DNA from: Verrucomicrobiota bacterium
GTDB lineage: Bacteria; Verrucomicrobiota; Verrucomicrobiia; Limisphaerales; AAA164-E04
DNA length: 64,000 nt
Reading direction: 5' to 3'
Assembly: GCA_047947115.1 (NCBI GenBank)
Contig: CP170459.1
Span: 608,001 to 672,000 of the forward strand
Shown: piece by piece, positions 9,987 to 22,200 of the stretch
Layout of the letters: every line of letters starts with the position of its first letter
Position numbering within the stretch: position 1 is the first letter of the stretch
Notes under the pieces: model-generated
Told to the model about the DNA's origin: nothing
Database searches by the model: none
What the model saw: only the letters and a program-made list of their open reading frames with translations
Made by a program: the position numbers and the translations under genes

Positions 9987-11438
9987 TTATGCCAGCAGCT
10001 TTTCAACGACATTGCCATGTATATCCGTCAATCTGAAATCTCTCCCTTTGAATCGAAACGTCAGTCGCAGGTGATCCAGTCCCAGACAATGAAGTATGGT
10101 CGCCTGCAGGTCATGCACATGCACGGGATCTTTGACGACATGGTAACCCAGCTCATCCGTTTCACCGAGCGTCTGTCCCTTGCGTATGCCGCCGCCCGCC
10201 ATCCACATGGTAAATGCCGCAGGATGATGATCACGCCCATTGACTCGCCCCAGAGTGGCGTTGGATTCGACCATGGCGGTACGCCCGAATTCGCCTCCCC
10301 AGACAACAAGCGTGTCTTCCAGCAAACCACGCTGCTTGAGATCCCTTAACAAGGCGGCGCTGGCTTGGTCGGTTTGTTTGCATTGACTCTTCAGACCACC
10401 CACAACGTTTGAATGATGATCCCATCCTTCATGATACAGCTGAATAAAGCGCACGCCCCGCTCGACCAGGCGTCGTGCCAACAGACAGTTGTTTGCGAAC
10501 GATTCCTTGCCCGGCTCTGCGCCGTACATATTCATCGTCGCCTCGGTTTCCCCGGACAGATCCATGAGTTCAGGAGCGCTGGACTGCATCCGATAGGCCA
10601 TTTCGTAATTGTCAATGCGAGTTTGAATTTCCGGATCCTTCCAATCGGCCAGAGTCTGCTCATTCAAGGCATTGATCAATCCAATGGACCTTTCCTGAAT
10701 CGATCGATCAACCCCATGCGGACTGGACACGTTCAAAATGGGATCCCCTTTCGAACGAAAAGGAACACCGGCATGAACGGAAGGCAGAAACCCCGAACTC
10801 CAATTGGCAGCGCCCCCGCTGATCCCTCCGGCGGATTTCAACACCACGAAACCGGGCAAATCCGCGGACTCACTGCCCAGTCCGTAGGTGGCCCACGCTC
10901 CCATGGCGGGTCGGCCCGAAAGCGGGCTTCCGGTGTTCAGAAAGATTTGAGCAGGCGCATGATTGAACTGGTCTGTGTTCACCGATTTGATGATGCTGAT
11001 TTCGTCCACCATTTCACCTAGATGCGGCAGTATTTCGGACAGTTCGGCTTGGGATTGCCCATACCTGGCAAAGGAAAACTGGGGACCAAGAACCCCGGCA
11101 TCCGGCTCAATAAAAGCAAATCGCTGCTCCCCTACGATGGATTTGGGCAAAGGTTTCCCTTCGAGTTTTTTCAACTCGGGCTTGTAATCAAACAGATCCA
11201 ACTGACTCGGCGCACCCGCCATAAACAGGTAGATAACACGTTTGGCTTTCGGCGGAAAATGGGTCGGCTTGGGAGCGAGCGGATCCGGTGTGGTTTCCGC
11301 ACCAAGCAAACCATGGGGTTTCAACAATGACGCCAACGCCACCGAACCCAGTCCGACACCACAGTCCTGAAAAAAGTGACGCCGTGTTCGGTGCCTGAGT
11401 CGGTTCTGACGGCTTTGGAATGGATGATTCGAATACAT
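9987..11438 (-). CDS. DUF1501 domain protein
   Basis: Twin-arginine-like [68 protein letters not shown]. Confidence 0.93.
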   Translation of the reverse strand: MYSNHPFQSRQNRLRHRTRRHFFQDCGVGLGSVALASLLKPHGLLGAETTPDPLAPKPTHFPPKAKRVIYLFMAGAPSQLDLFDYKPELKKLEGKPLPKSIVGEQRFAFIEPDAGVLGPQFSFARYGQSQAELSEILPHLGEMVDEISIIKSVNTDQFNHAPAQIFLNTGSPLSGRPAMGAWATYGLGSESADLPGFVVLKSAGGISGGAANWSSGFLPSVHAGVPFRSKGDPILNVSSPHGVDRSIQERSIGLINALNEQTLADWKDPEIQTRIDNYEMAYRMQSSAPELMDLSGETEATMNMYGAEPGKESFANNCLLARRLVERGVRFIQLYHEGWDHHSNVVGGLKSQCKQTDQASAALLRDLKQRGLLEDTLVVWGGEFGRTAMVESNATLGRVNGRDHHPAAFTMWMAGGGIRKGQTLGETDELGYHVVKDPVHVHDLQATILHCLGLDHLRLTFRFKGRDFRLTDIHGNVVEKLLA

Positions 11439-11445
11439 GATCTTA

Positions 11446-14400
11446 TTAGCTTTTGGTGATGACTTCATCCAGATTGAGCAGCACGCGACATGTGAGTGTC
11501 CAAGCCGCCAGGCGTACTGTGGCATCGGTGACTTGTTTGACACCTGTCAACTGTTTCACCGTTTCGGGAGCTTGACTAAGCTTTACTGCTTCACCTTGCA
11601 GGTAATTCAATATCTGTTGCCTGGCAGCGGAGGATACGGGATGGCCTACAAGTCGCATCCAGGCTTCACCAACTCTTTCTTCATCCGATAAGGTCTGATC
11701 GTTTAACAAACGCTTAGCCAAAGAACTGGCGGCTTCCACATAAACCTCATCATTCAACAGGGTCAACGCCTGCAGAGGCGTGTTGCTGCGGATGCGACGG
11801 GCACATGTGCGTTCGGGGTTGGGGGCGTCGAAGGTCATGAAGCCCGGATAAGGCACAGCTCGTTTCCAGTAGGTATAAAGACCACGACGATAACGATCCG
11901 CGCCCTCGCTTTCCTTGTAGCCGGGGCCTCCGTATGCCAGGTCGCCCACTCCGGCAGGTTGTGGCGGAAAGACACTCGGTCCCCCGATTGTTTGTTCCAA
12001 CAGACCGCTGGCGTGCAAGGCAATGTCGCGCACCGTTTCAGCGTCCACCCGAAAGCGGGGCCCTCTGGCCAACCACCGGTTTTCCGGATCTTTTTCAAGC
12101 AATGCCTCGGAGAGTTTTGAGGATTGACGGTAGGTCGCCGAATGCACGATCAATCGATGCATGTGCTTCATGTCCCACCCGCTTTGCTCAAATTCAACCG
12201 CCAACCAATCCAGCACATCCGGTTGTGTGGGCATGGCTCCCTGCAAACCGAAGTCTTCTGGTGTGGTCACAATGCCCTTGCCGAAGAATGCCTGCCAGGT
12301 TCGGTTCATCACCACACGGGCCGTCAAGGGATTGCCCGGCTCAAACAACCAACGAGCAAAAGTCAGACGATTGACCGGTCGCCCTTCAGGCCAGTCATGA
12401 AACATATCGGGCACACCCGGCCCCACCTCTTCACGGGGTTTTAGAAACTCGCCTCGATGTCGACGAAATGTGGTGCGTGTGTGCTCAGGTTTTCGCTCCA
12501 GCATAACCATGGTGGTGGGGAAGGATGGCAGTTTCCTGCGCAAGGTGATGATTTCCTTTCTCGCACCTTCCAGTTCGGGAGCTTCCCGATGGAATTGACC
12601 TTCCAACAAGGCCATGTCTGTCGCTTCCCACTCCTTGGCCCCTCCTGCCAACAATGCCTCCAAATCCGCAGGCATACCGCTTGCTTCAGGACGATCATCC
12701 CCTGTTGCGGACAAACGAAACCTCCCGATGGTTACTTGATGGATAAAAGATTGATCCAATGTGATTCGAACACGTATCGGCTCGCCATCACGTTGAATGG
12801 CTTCCTTCAAGGCAAACACAGCCTGATGATCCTCGCCTGTTCGCCCCCCTATCTGCCATCCGGTATCAAGCAAACCATCCAGTGATTTGGAGGCTTCGTG
12901 CTTATCTTTGTGATGGGAATCGGTGGCCTTGTCGAATGCATGCCGGACCCAGCCACCCTGATCATCGGGCGTTTCGACAATGAATTCCGACAAGAGAAAA
13001 TCACCTGTCTGGAAAAAGTGTGCACGTCCCGGCCCACCATCCGGTAATGAAGGATGCGCCAAGGCCTCCAATCGAAACCCGGTGATGAAAGGCAGATCGC
13101 AAGTGAGTTCAATCGTATAAATATCTCGATTGGGCTTGTCCCCGGACGCAAGCACAGATTGATCCGGGAGAGTGGTCAAGGTGGCGTGAAATTTTGAATG
13201 TAAGCTTCCAGGCTTTAACACGGTCCACCCGACCGCCCTGCCCACTGCGCTTTCCAGCCATTGATCAAAGCGTTGTTGATAATATTGCCCCTCGGCAAAC
13301 TGCGTTCCGATCGCTTCCTCCTGATCGCCGGGCTGGTTCGGAAACTGATTCTTCAGGGATTTGGTCAGTTGCTGAATCTTTGATTGGATTTGTGCGCGTT
13401 GGTCCGCAATGACCGGATCGTGCAAATCGATTTCGGGTTCATCCGCATTATTGAATATTGCGAATAACTGCCAATACTCGGTATGAGAAACAGGATCAAA
13501 CTTGTGTCCATGACACTGGGCGCACCCCATGGCCAATCCCATCCAGGTGGTTCCGGTCGTGTTGACGCGATCCACGATCGATTCGAAGCGAAACTCCTCA
13601 ATATCTATTCCTCCTTCCTCATTCATCATCGTGTTGCGATGAAACCCGGTGGCGACCCGGTCCGCCTCGGTGGCATTCGGAAGCATGTCACCTGCCAGTT
13701 GTTTGATGGAAAATTCATCAAATGGCATACCCTCATTCAATGCATTGATCACCCAATCACGGAAAGGCCAGATGCTGCGGTATCGATCTTTTTCATATCC
13801 GTTCGTATCCGCAAAACGCGCCAGATCCAACCAATGCCTGGCCCACCTTTCACCATATGCGGGCGACATCAACAATTCGTTGACCAAATGTTCATAACGG
13901 TTCGGACGATGATCCTGGATGTACTGCTCGATTTGATCTGGGGTTGGGGGCAATCCGATCAAATCAAGATAGACACGTCGTAATAAAACATACGGATCAG
14001 CCTCGGGTGATGGTTGCAATCCTTCATGCTCCATGTTCGCCAGCACATGCAAGTCAATGGCGGTTCGGCTCCATTCTTTGCTTTGAACGACAGGAGATTC
14101 AGGACGCCTGGGCGGCTTATAAGCCCAATGCTCTTCATACCCGGCTCCTTGGTCAATCCATTTCCTGAGCAGATCCTTTTCGGCTGCACTCAATGGATTG
14201 TCCTTTTCGGGAGGAGGCATGAGAGCTTCCGGATCGTCGGTAAAAATGCGATCCACCACGAGGCTGGCTTCCGCCTGGTGTGGAACAATCGCTCGGTCGC
14301 CTGATTCCAAAGTACGATAGGCGGACTCGGCCTCGTCCAGACGCAACCCTGCTTTTTGTTGGTCCGGACCGTGGCATGCAAAACATTTGTTTGCCAGAAT

Positions 14401-14514
14401 GGGTTTGATTGATTGAGTGAAACCAATGCTCTGTTCCGTCTGGGCCCGCAATAAGCAAACGTCCGCAGAGAAATGAACACCTAAAGCAATGAAAATGGAT
14501 GTTCCGCGCTTCAT
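11446..14514 (-). CDS. Planctomycete cytochrome c / DUF1549 / DUF1553 (PSCyt-PSD1) protein
   Basis: [67 protein letters not shown]; canonical pairing with DUF1501. Confidence 0.93.
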   Translation of the reverse strand: MKRGTSIFIALGVHFSADVCLLRAQTEQSIGFTQSIKPILANKCFACHGPDQQKAGLRLDEAESAYRTLESGDRAIVPHQAEASLVVDRIFTDDPEALMPPPEKDNPLSAAEKDLLRKWIDQGAGYEEHWAYKPPRRPESPVVQSKEWSRTAIDLHVLANMEHEGLQPSPEADPYVLLRRVYLDLIGLPPTPDQIEQYIQDHRPNRYEHLVNELLMSPAYGERWARHWLDLARFADTNGYEKDRYRSIWPFRDWVINALNEGMPFDEFSIKQLAGDMLPNATEADRVATGFHRNTMMNEEGGIDIEEFRFESIVDRVNTTGTTWMGLAMGCAQCHGHKFDPVSHTEYWQLFAIFNNADEPEIDLHDPVIADQRAQIQSKIQQLTKSLKNQFPNQPGDQEEAIGTQFAEGQYYQQRFDQWLESAVGRAVGWTVLKPGSLHSKFHATLTTLPDQSVLASGDKPNRDIYTIELTCDLPFITGFRLEALAHPSLPDGGPGRAHFFQTGDFLLSEFIVETPDDQGGWVRHAFDKATDSHHKDKHEASKSLDGLLDTGWQIGGRTGEDHQAVFALKEAIQRDGEPIRVRITLDQSFIHQVTIGRFRLSATGDDRPEASGMPADLEALLAGGAKEWEATDMALLEGQFHREAPELEGARKEIITLRRKLPSFPTTMVMLERKPEHTRTTFRRHRGEFLKPREEVGPGVPDMFHDWPEGRPVNRLTFARWLFEPGNPLTARVVMNRTWQAFFGKGIVTTPEDFGLQGAMPTQPDVLDWLAVEFEQSGWDMKHMHRLIVHSATYRQSSKLSEALLEKDPENRWLARGPRFRVDAETVRDIALHASGLLEQTIGGPSVFPPQPAGVGDLAYGGPGYKESEGADRYRRGLYTYWKRAVPYPGFMTFDAPNPERTCARRIRSNTPLQALTLLNDEVYVEAASSLAKRLLNDQTLSDEERVGEAWMRLVGHPVSSAARQQILNYLQGEAVKLSQAPETVKQLTGVKQVTDATVRLAAWTLTCRVLLNLDEVITKS

Positions 14515-14730
14515 TTTCTGGAATATAAAGGTGTATCATAGCGTTGAATTCAAGGCGTGTCCATGATGCAAAATCCATCGATTTGAATCATTGGCACATG
14601 TAAGCAATCTGTAAAACTTATGATTACAACTGCCCTTGAAAACGCAACAACGAGGGGATTACAGATGGCTGCCGCCGTTCCAGGTCTTTTGCTGACAGAT
14701 GTCGCCCGTTGTCCGGGAAGGAGGTTGGCG

Positions 14731-17488
14731 CTATGACTGAGACCCGGCTGCTTCACTTAGAATTTTTATTAATTCCTGCCGCTGTATGGGTTTACTGAGG
14801 AAGCCATCCATTCCAGCATCAATGCAATGCTGTCGCTCTTCCTCTCGAAGGGCTGCTGTATAAGCGTAAATCCTGACAGACTTATGCCGTTCAGATTGTC
14901 GAATGCGGCGCGTGGCTTCGTACCCATCCATTACCGGCATCTGGCAGTCCATGAAAATCAAATCGAAATCAGTATCATCTAACAGCTTGAGCAAAGCCTG
15001 ACCATCAGCTGCCAGAACACATTGATGACCTATGCTTTCAAGTTGTGCCTTGATCACTTTCTGGTTGATGAGACTATCCTCGGCCACCAGTACGGTCAGG
15101 CGATCCGGTGACGTTGCCGGTTGCTCAAGGGAGGCATCCAATGCTTCCGCCTGATTTCCAAGTGTCTCGAATGTCTTGGTCAGTTCATTCAAGCGCAAAG
15201 GATACCTGAGTATTTGAACCCCAACCGGAAAGTCGATCGGCTGCATCGTGGCATGGCGTCGCCGCATCAGGTAAATCCGGAGCAACGGCGCGCGGTCTTG
15301 TTCATCGAGAATATGCTGAGTCAGCGGCTCATTCGCACACCACAATTCGACGGAAGCAAACAAAATAACGGCATGGTCCTTTTGAAGGTTATTGCGGATG
15401 ATGTCGACCAGGTCACTGTTCCATTCGGCATGTATATGGCCAACTCGAAGTTCCTTCAGATACTGTATCAAACTAAGATCTGAATTATTTTCGTCTCCGA
15501 CAATGATTGCCAACAAGGGAATTTGACCGGAAGGTTTTGCCGTGTCAGGCGCAGGGACAATCACAGACAAAGGAATGGAAAAAAGAAACTCGGAACCTTT
15601 GCCCAGCTCTGACTTCACCTGTAACTCTCCATTCATGGCAGAAACAAGCTTTTTGCAAATACTCAATCCCAACCCTGTTCCGCCGAAACGTCGAGTCGTT
15701 GAACTGTCCCCCTGTGAAAATGGATGGAAAGCGTTATCCGTCTGGTCAGGGGTCATGCCAATCCCGGTATCTTTGACCAGGACATCCACTCGAGCAACAT
15801 CCCCTCCAGTGGATGCTACCTCGATGGCCACCTTGCCCTTGGGGGTAAACTTGATGGCATTGCCCAGGAGATTCAAAAGGATCTGGCGTATCCGCAATTC
15901 ATCCCCCAGGACCTTCGCCGGCAAACCGGGCGATGCGTAGAATGAGAAACACAATCCTTTGGCGGCGGCCTGCGGATCCAATGATTCAACCACGTGTTCC
16001 AACATGACCCGAAAGTCAAAGGGCCGGTTCTCAAGATTCAGGTAATTGGCCTCAATTTTGGAATAATCAAGAATATCATTGATCACTGCAAGCAAGGTTC
16101 TTCCCGAATGCCGGATTGCTTCCACAAACTCCCGCTGATCCACATTCAGAGGACTGTCACCAAGGAGGTCAGCCATACCAATGACAGCGTTCATGGGGGT
16201 GCGAATTTCATGACTCATATTGGCAAGGAAATACCCTTTCGCTTTATCAGCGGCCTCGGCCTTTTGTTTGGCTTCGAGCAATTCCTGCACCTGCAACCTC
16301 ACTTGATGCCGCAAATGCGCGTTCCAAACCCAAAACATGATCGCGACAAATCCGACCAACGCAGCCATCACCGCCACATGCCAGACCTTTACCAATGGAG
16401 GATGCTTCAAAACGTCTATCGCAGAAGGATCCGCCAAAACCAACCGAATACCCGTCGGATTCCCGACCCCATCGTAACTTGCGAGATATATGACATCGAC
16501 CGCGAGATCCGTCCCGACCTTGAAGGTGGGAATTCCCGCAGGAGTCTCAACGGGAACAATGCTGTTTCCACAAAGCAGATGAAAGGCGGATGAAAATACC
16601 GCCGGAATGGTCGGCAAGATAAAACTCACCAGGCCGACTTTGGTATGTCACCACACCCTGTATGACACTACGTTTACCAAAAACAACATCATGCCCCTGT
16701 CGGATGGCCTGAATGGGGGTAACGGCTGGACCAAATGGATCATTATCGCGTGCTTGCTCTATACGGACTAACTCAGGACCGGAAACCAGTAAATCAATGT
16801 CAGATAAAAGATCATTGTTCACTCGCGAACGAGTACAAACCCCGGAAATGCTGCACAAAGCTTCCACCCACACATCACTTAATGCTTCGGCAGCTCCTTT
16901 TACCCGGCACACAACGGTTCCACTGGGATCATGCAGATGCACCTCCAACGTCTCAGCATCGATTTTTTTACATTCCGTAACAATACCGAGCACCTTGATA
17001 AGCTGACCGTTGAGATTGCCCAAGGATAAATACCTCGCGGAAACGTCGGGATGTTCGGGTAGGATTCCGGGGGATTGAAGTAACACAGTCAGCACTCTCG
17101 GCTGGCTCAGAGCATTTCCCCCACCGATTTCCACCAGAACCTCCACCCAGTCGGAGAACATCATTTGCGAGCTGGAGGATGTCCAGGCCACTCTGGCCGC
17201 GCCTGTAGTGTCTTGCAGGAAATAGATGTACGTATCTTCATGCGGCTCTACTCCTGTCACCACACCACGCACACGCCGTTGGATAGAATGATCTTTATGG
17301 ATGGCATGCAAGGAATGTAACTCATCAAGACGAGCCCAAGATTGATCCCAGGGCTGTGATTGAATGCCTGTGCGATCCACGAAATAATCTCGAAAACAGC
17401 ATTCCTGAGCAATAGCCGCTCTTCCTGTCGCTCCACGAAAACCGACAACTGAATCGTTGCCCCCATGGTCAGTTGTTTGTTTTGCCAA
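14731..17488 (-). pseudogene. Hybrid sensor histidine kinase (repeated OB-like periplasmic units, TM, HisKA, HATPase, REC) split by a frameshift near 16590
   Basis: ORF 16547-17488 holds VRGVVT/IQGVVT repeat units; ORF 14731-16629 holds the TM, FLANMSHEIRTPMN, NLLGNAIKFT, GGTGLGL and REC (MDCQMPVMDG). Confidence 0.75.
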
Positions 17489-17598
17489 ATGGGTATGACC
17501 ATCTCTCCTGTCGAATCCTGAAGGATCAGCCTCTTGGCCGGTTCGTGCTCTTTAACGCGCCCTTCGAGCTGATACGACCATATTCAGAACCTTCCTGA

Positions 17599-18225
17599 AG
17601 GGCCTATGGACTGCTTAACATTCAGCTGCCCGAATCCAAAGAGGCCATTACATCCGAGACATTTTCATGGACTCTGAATTGGAAAAAATATCGAGAAGTT
17701 TATCGCCGAGAAGGTCGATACCTGCTCCGCAGCAACCTTGAGGGAAGCGATCCTGCAAAACTCTGGGAATACTACATCCAACTGACACAGGTTGAGGAAG
17801 CGTTTAAGAACCTCAAAGGCGATTTAGCCATTCGTCCGATTCACCACCGACTGGAAGAACGCATCGAAGCTCACATCTTTATTGCATTCCTCGCTTATTG
17901 TCTTCACGTAACCCCGGGAAAACGATGTCGGCAGAGAGCAACTGGATTGACTCCACGCAGTGTCCTTGAACAACTCAAAACCATGCAAATGATCGATGTT
18001 TCAATTCCAACCGTTGATGGGCGCTGGCTCCAAATGGCCCGATATACCCAACCGGACAAAGCTCAACAATTACTGCTGGCACAACTGGGAATGGAACTTC
18101 CACCACAGCCATCACCCAAGATCACCTTGGAACAAATTAATCCCCAATGTAGTGAAGACCCAGGCCCCAAATAGTCCAAATTTTCAACGTTTTGAGATTT
18201 TAATGGGCGAATAGCGAAAGTCGGG
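17599..18225 (+). mobile_element. IS1634-family transposase, 3' remnant with probable right end
   Basis: Frame 17599-18174 reads EGRYLLRSN...LWEYYIQLTQVEEAFKNLKGDLAIRPIHH...RIEAHIFIAFLAY; in-frame TGA at 17596 and no 5' part; end-like gcgaaagtcggg near 18225. Confidence 0.85.
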
Positions 18226-18336
18226 TTAGAAAGAAGATGACAGACATTCTATTAACCCAACAAACAGGATCATTGATACATGGCAAATACCCGTGCCTCA
18301 TTGGTTCCAACGGCACCTGAAAACGGTAGCGCGAAT

Positions 18337-18369
18337 TTGGATTGCGGCGCGCAGCACCGGTCTGGATAC
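18337..18369 (+). repeat. REP-like palindromic repeat (TGGAGTGCGG family), diverged copy
   Basis: ttggattgcggcgcgcagcaccggtctggatac resembles the copies at 60712-60744 and 62598-62630. Confidence 0.7.
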
Positions 18370-18492
18370 CTCAAGCAGACGGCTGAGCAATCTCCTCCCC
18401 TAACCTTTACGTTTTCTAAAACGGCATACTATAGGTATCGGAAGTGTTGGCGGGGGGATATGTTGCTCCGTCGGGATGTTTGGGTGTGTATT

Positions 18493-19173
18493 TCATTTCA
18501 ATGCAAGTCTGAACTCGGTGATGATTCCGTCCCGTGGAATTGGCTCCAGTGTTAGGGCAAACGCTTTTTCAGAAATCAGATTGGCTTCCAGGGGATCCGT
18601 TTGCCGTAAGGGCACATTGTTGGTCTGCTGTTTCTCTATAATCGGCATTTTGAACACACCGTCCGTTATGGATATCTTCCCGGATGGAAAGGAGTGAGCT
18701 GTTGCCGAAAAAGTTCCTTCAATCCAGCCCTCTTTCAAATCCAGATAATAGATCGTCACTTTAAGCTGCGGGATGGAACCGTCCACCGAAGTTCCGAAAT
18801 GATCGGCCGAATTCGATGACAACATGGAGCGGGAATATTTCAGACGCATGGCCCGTTTATTGCGCAGGTTATAAGTTCCTTTTTTAAACTTGGGCAACGT
18901 TATTGAAAGATGTTCTCCGGTCTTGAACGCATCACACACAACTCGGATCTCAAGGTCGCCTTCCTTGCCTATGTAAGCCTGCAGGTGATCCTGGAACTGT
19001 ATCTCCCGGCCTTCGATGATACATTGAAGCAAAGGCGGCCCCTTCGGGATGGGCGAGTTATCGGCACACGCCGCCAAGATGCATATCAACATAACTGACA
19101 ATGACATCATCTTTGAAGCAGCATGGATCTGAAATGAACGAAAGGAACATCGAAACCGACGATGTTTAAACAT
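18493..19173 (-). CDS. Hypothetical lipoprotein (DUF6252-like beta-rich protein)
   Basis: Lipobox ILAAC; C-terminal IEGTFSATA...ISITDGVFK; start uncertain (19173 or 19110). Confidence 0.6.
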   Translation of the reverse strand: MFKHRRFRCSFRSFQIHAASKMMSLSVMLICILAACADNSPIPKGPPLLQCIIEGREIQFQDHLQAYIGKEGDLEIRVVCDAFKTGEHLSITLPKFKKGTYNLRNKRAMRLKYSRSMLSSNSADHFGTSVDGSIPQLKVTIYYLDLKEGWIEGTFSATAHSFPSGKISITDGVFKMPIIEKQQTNNVPLRQTDPLEANLISEKAFALTLEPIPRDGIITEFRLALK

Positions 19174-19376
19174 CGCATTACCAAAACATGTCTTCACATC
19201 TATCATCTTATTATCGCAGTGTCGGTTATCCCTCAAGACGACACTTCCCCATCCTGTATCACCCTGCAAGAAAAGAAATTGCTTTCGATACAATTCCACT
19301 TACGCTTCCTGGAACCTCTTAAATTAAGCCAGACCTCATGCGTGCCTCCATCCAAACACAACGAATCATCCGCCCC

Positions 19377-20147
19377 ATGAACCGCGGTTTCACCCTGATC
19401 GAACTGTTGGTGGTCATCGCCATCATTGCCATCCTGGCGGGTATGCTGCTTCCCGCGTTGTCGAAAGCCAAATCCAAGGCCAAGGCGGCGCTTTGCCTCA
19501 GCAACCTGCGACAGATAACATTGGCCACACGTTTTTATGCGGATGACAACAATGACCATGTTCCGCCAGTGGCTCATGCCGTGGGAGAATATTGGTTTCA
19601 CCAGATCGCCCCTTACATGGGAGCCGATGATTACAAGAAAAACCCGCACGAACTGGCCGACGGGGTAATGCGCATCCTTACCTGCCCCTCCACCAAAAGT
19701 GCCAAACCCGATCCCAAACCCAGTGATAGCTGGTGGGGCACCGCGACCACCACTTGGCGTTCACTGCAGTCGGAAGGGAGTTACGGCATGAACCTGTGGC
19801 TGGACAACCAGGGAGTATACATCAACGACTTCCCGGCGAACCAATACTACAGCCAATATTCGACGGCACCCGCCGAAGTTCCGGCGTATGGCGATTCCGT
19901 CTGGGTAGGCTCCTGGCCCGACGGCGGCGACACCATGCCGGGCGATTTGAAAGGTGACGGCTACGGCAACGGCAGCTTTCCCCACAGTAAAGGACGATTC
20001 ATGGGACGTTTTGCTCTGGAACGTCATGGCAACGGCATCAATGTCGGATTTGTGGACGGACATACCGAACGAGTCTCGGTCCAAGGACTCTGGATGCTGA
20101 ATTGGCACAAGGAAAACGTTCCGAACCCAAACATCGAATTGCGCTAG
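19377..20147 (+). CDS. Prepilin-type N-terminal cleavage/methylation protein with H-X9-DG motif
   Basis: [45 protein letters not shown]; alternative start 19338. Confidence 0.92.
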   Translation: MNRGFTLIELLVVIAIIAILAGMLLPALSKAKSKAKAALCLSNLRQITLATRFYADDNNDHVPPVAHAVGEYWFHQIAPYMGADDYKKNPHELADGVMRILTCPSTKSAKPDPKPSDSWWGTATTTWRSLQSEGSYGMNLWLDNQGVYINDFPANQYYSQYSTAPAEVPAYGDSVWVGSWPDGGDTMPGDLKGDGYGNGSFPHSKGRFMGRFALERHGNGINVGFVDGHTERVSVQGLWMLNWHKENVPNPNIELR

Positions 20148-20179
20148 TCATCCGCCCGGTTTCGGGCTATAAGGTTCGC

Positions 20180-21157
20180 ATGTATTCACAAGTCAACATG
20201 CGTCTTATTGGAACACTTTTGGTGACTGCTTCTCTGTGCCTGAATTCACTAAGAGGCGAGGAAGATCCCTTCGTTAAAATCGATCCCCCGGCATTGACCG
20301 GCAGCTGGGATTGCACCGTGCAGGATGGTGATCTGACCTATCCTTCCTGGTTTCATGTGGAGTTGTCCGGTTACCGCACGCTGGTCGGATCCTACGTCGG
20401 CCAGTTTGGCAGCGCCCGCCCCATCTCAAACGTCGCCTTCAACGCCGAAACCGGCGGATTTCGATTTGAACTGCCACCCCAATGGGAAAAGCGCACCAAG
20501 AACGTGGTGGTCGAAGGCACCCTGAAAGATGGTTCCATCAAAGGCGTCACCTTCAACGACGAAGGCAAAGTCATTTCATTTCAAGCCAATCGGGCCCCAT
20601 CATTGGAACGCGAAGGCAAAACCAAGTGGGGGAAAACCATCAAGCTTTTCAATGGCGAAAATCTCAACGGTTGGATTCCACGCCATGCCGACATCCCCAA
20701 TGGTTGGGTGGTCAGGGATGGATTGCTGATCAACGAAACACCCGGTAACGACATCATGACCAAAAAGAAATTCACCGATTTCAAATTGGAAGCGGAATTT
20801 CGCTATCCGGAGGGAAGTAACAGCGGCATCTACCTGCGAGGCCGTCATGAAGTTCAAATCGAAGACAATTACGGAATGGAAATCAACAGCCATCGCATCG
20901 GCGGCGTATACGGCTTCCTGACTCCCTATCTGAACGCCGCAAAGAAACCGGGCAAATGGCAGCGCCTGGAAATCACGTTGATCGGCCGCTTGGTAACCAT
21001 CGAGCTGAACGGCAAGAAAATCATCGAACGTCAAAATATCCCCGGCATCACCGGTGGCGCCTTGGATAGTGACGAAGGCGCACCCGGCCCCATTCTGGTG
21101 CAGGGGGATCATGGACCGGTCGAGTTCCGCAAGTTGGAACTCACCCCGGCCAAATAA
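20180..21157 (+). CDS. DUF1080 (3-keto-disaccharide hydrolase-like) secreted protein
   Basis: Signal peptide; LFNGENLNGW, DFKLEAEF, NSGIYLRG, EVQIED, GPILVQGDHGPVEFR. Confidence 0.88.
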   Translation: MYSQVNMRLIGTLLVTASLCLNSLRGEEDPFVKIDPPALTGSWDCTVQDGDLTYPSWFHVELSGYRTLVGSYVGQFGSARPISNVAFNAETGGFRFELPPQWEKRTKNVVVEGTLKDGSIKGVTFNDEGKVISFQANRAPSLEREGKTKWGKTIKLFNGENLNGWIPRHADIPNGWVVRDGLLINETPGNDIMTKKKFTDFKLEAEFRYPEGSNSGIYLRGRHEVQIEDNYGMEINSHRIGGVYGFLTPYLNAAKKPGKWQRLEITLIGRLVTIELNGKKIIERQNIPGITGGALDSDEGAPGPILVQGDHGPVEFRKLELTPAK

Positions 21158-21339
21158 ATTAAGCCTGTTTATTTGTTGAACCGCACCACCGCAGTGGCGG
21201 GATCTTCGAGATGGCGCAGATTGACGCAAATGATGAGTTTCATCTTTTGTATTCACCCATGCAAAATGAATCGCCGCGCATGTGCGATGGATATTGCGGT
21301 TGACTGGACTTGAAAGCGGAAAAGGAAGGCGAACAACTC

Positions 21340-22200
21340 ATGGCATCACAACCAACACACTCCAAGCCTCTCGAGTCCGCCGCCCTGCCTCCGGCGAATC
21401 TGGTTCCGGAATCCCTTGGCTTTGTTCATCTAGGTCGCCGGATCATTCGATCACTGGAAACACTGCACGAATTGATCGCCTTCACCTTGATCACTCTCAG
21501 TGTCACGGTCTTCAAAATTGGCAGATCCCGGTCGGTGGTGCACCCACTGATCCGACGACAGATATTTCAGGCAGGCATCCGATTGCTCCCCTTGGTAAGC
21601 CTGGTTGCCTTGATCACCGGATTCATTGTCGTCGGCCAGATGATTTCCCTGTTCAGCATGGTCGGTGCTGGACGCTACACCGGACTGGTAATGGTCATCG
21701 CGGTGTTCCGAGAACTCGGCCCACTGATGACCGCCATGATGGTACTGGCGCGTGTCGGCACTTCAACGGTAATTGATCTGGGCACCAAGCGCGCTTTGGG
21801 CGAGGTGGAAGCCATGGAAGCCCTAGGCATTGATTCGATCCACTACCTGGTGGTTCCACGCGTGCTCGGTCTGGCCTTGTCGATTGTTTCACTCACCATT
21901 TATTTCATCCTCATCTCAATGGTCAGCGCGTATTTCTTTGTATTCCTCCAGGACATTCCGATGAAACCACTGGCATTCGTCAACCAAATCACAGAAGCGC
22001 TCCACATTTCCGATTTTCTGGTATTGATTCTGAAATCCTGTTTCTTCGGAGGTGTCATCGCAGTAGTGACCTGTTACGAAGGATTGGCACGTCCGATTCG
22101 ACTGGAACAAATCTCGGTAGCAGCCACCCGGGCGGTGATGAAAGCCATCATCTTGTGCGGTTTGTTGGATGCGGTGTTTCTTCTCTATTGGATGATATGA
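21340..22200 (+). CDS. mlaE: MlaE-family ABC transporter permease
   Basis: RELGPLMTAMMVLARVG, EVEAMEALGIDSIHYLVVPRV, LKSCFFG, AATRAV. Confidence 0.85.
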   Translation: MASQPTHSKPLESAALPPANLVPESLGFVHLGRRIIRSLETLHELIAFTLITLSVTVFKIGRSRSVVHPLIRRQIFQAGIRLLPLVSLVALITGFIVVGQMISLFSMVGAGRYTGLVMVIAVFRELGPLMTAMMVLARVGTSTVIDLGTKRALGEVEAMEALGIDSIHYLVVPRVLGLALSIVSLTIYFILISMVSAYFFVFLQDIPMKPLAFVNQITEALHISDFLVLILKSCFFGGVIAVVTCYEGLARPIRLEQISVAATRAVMKAIILCGLLDAVFLLYWMI

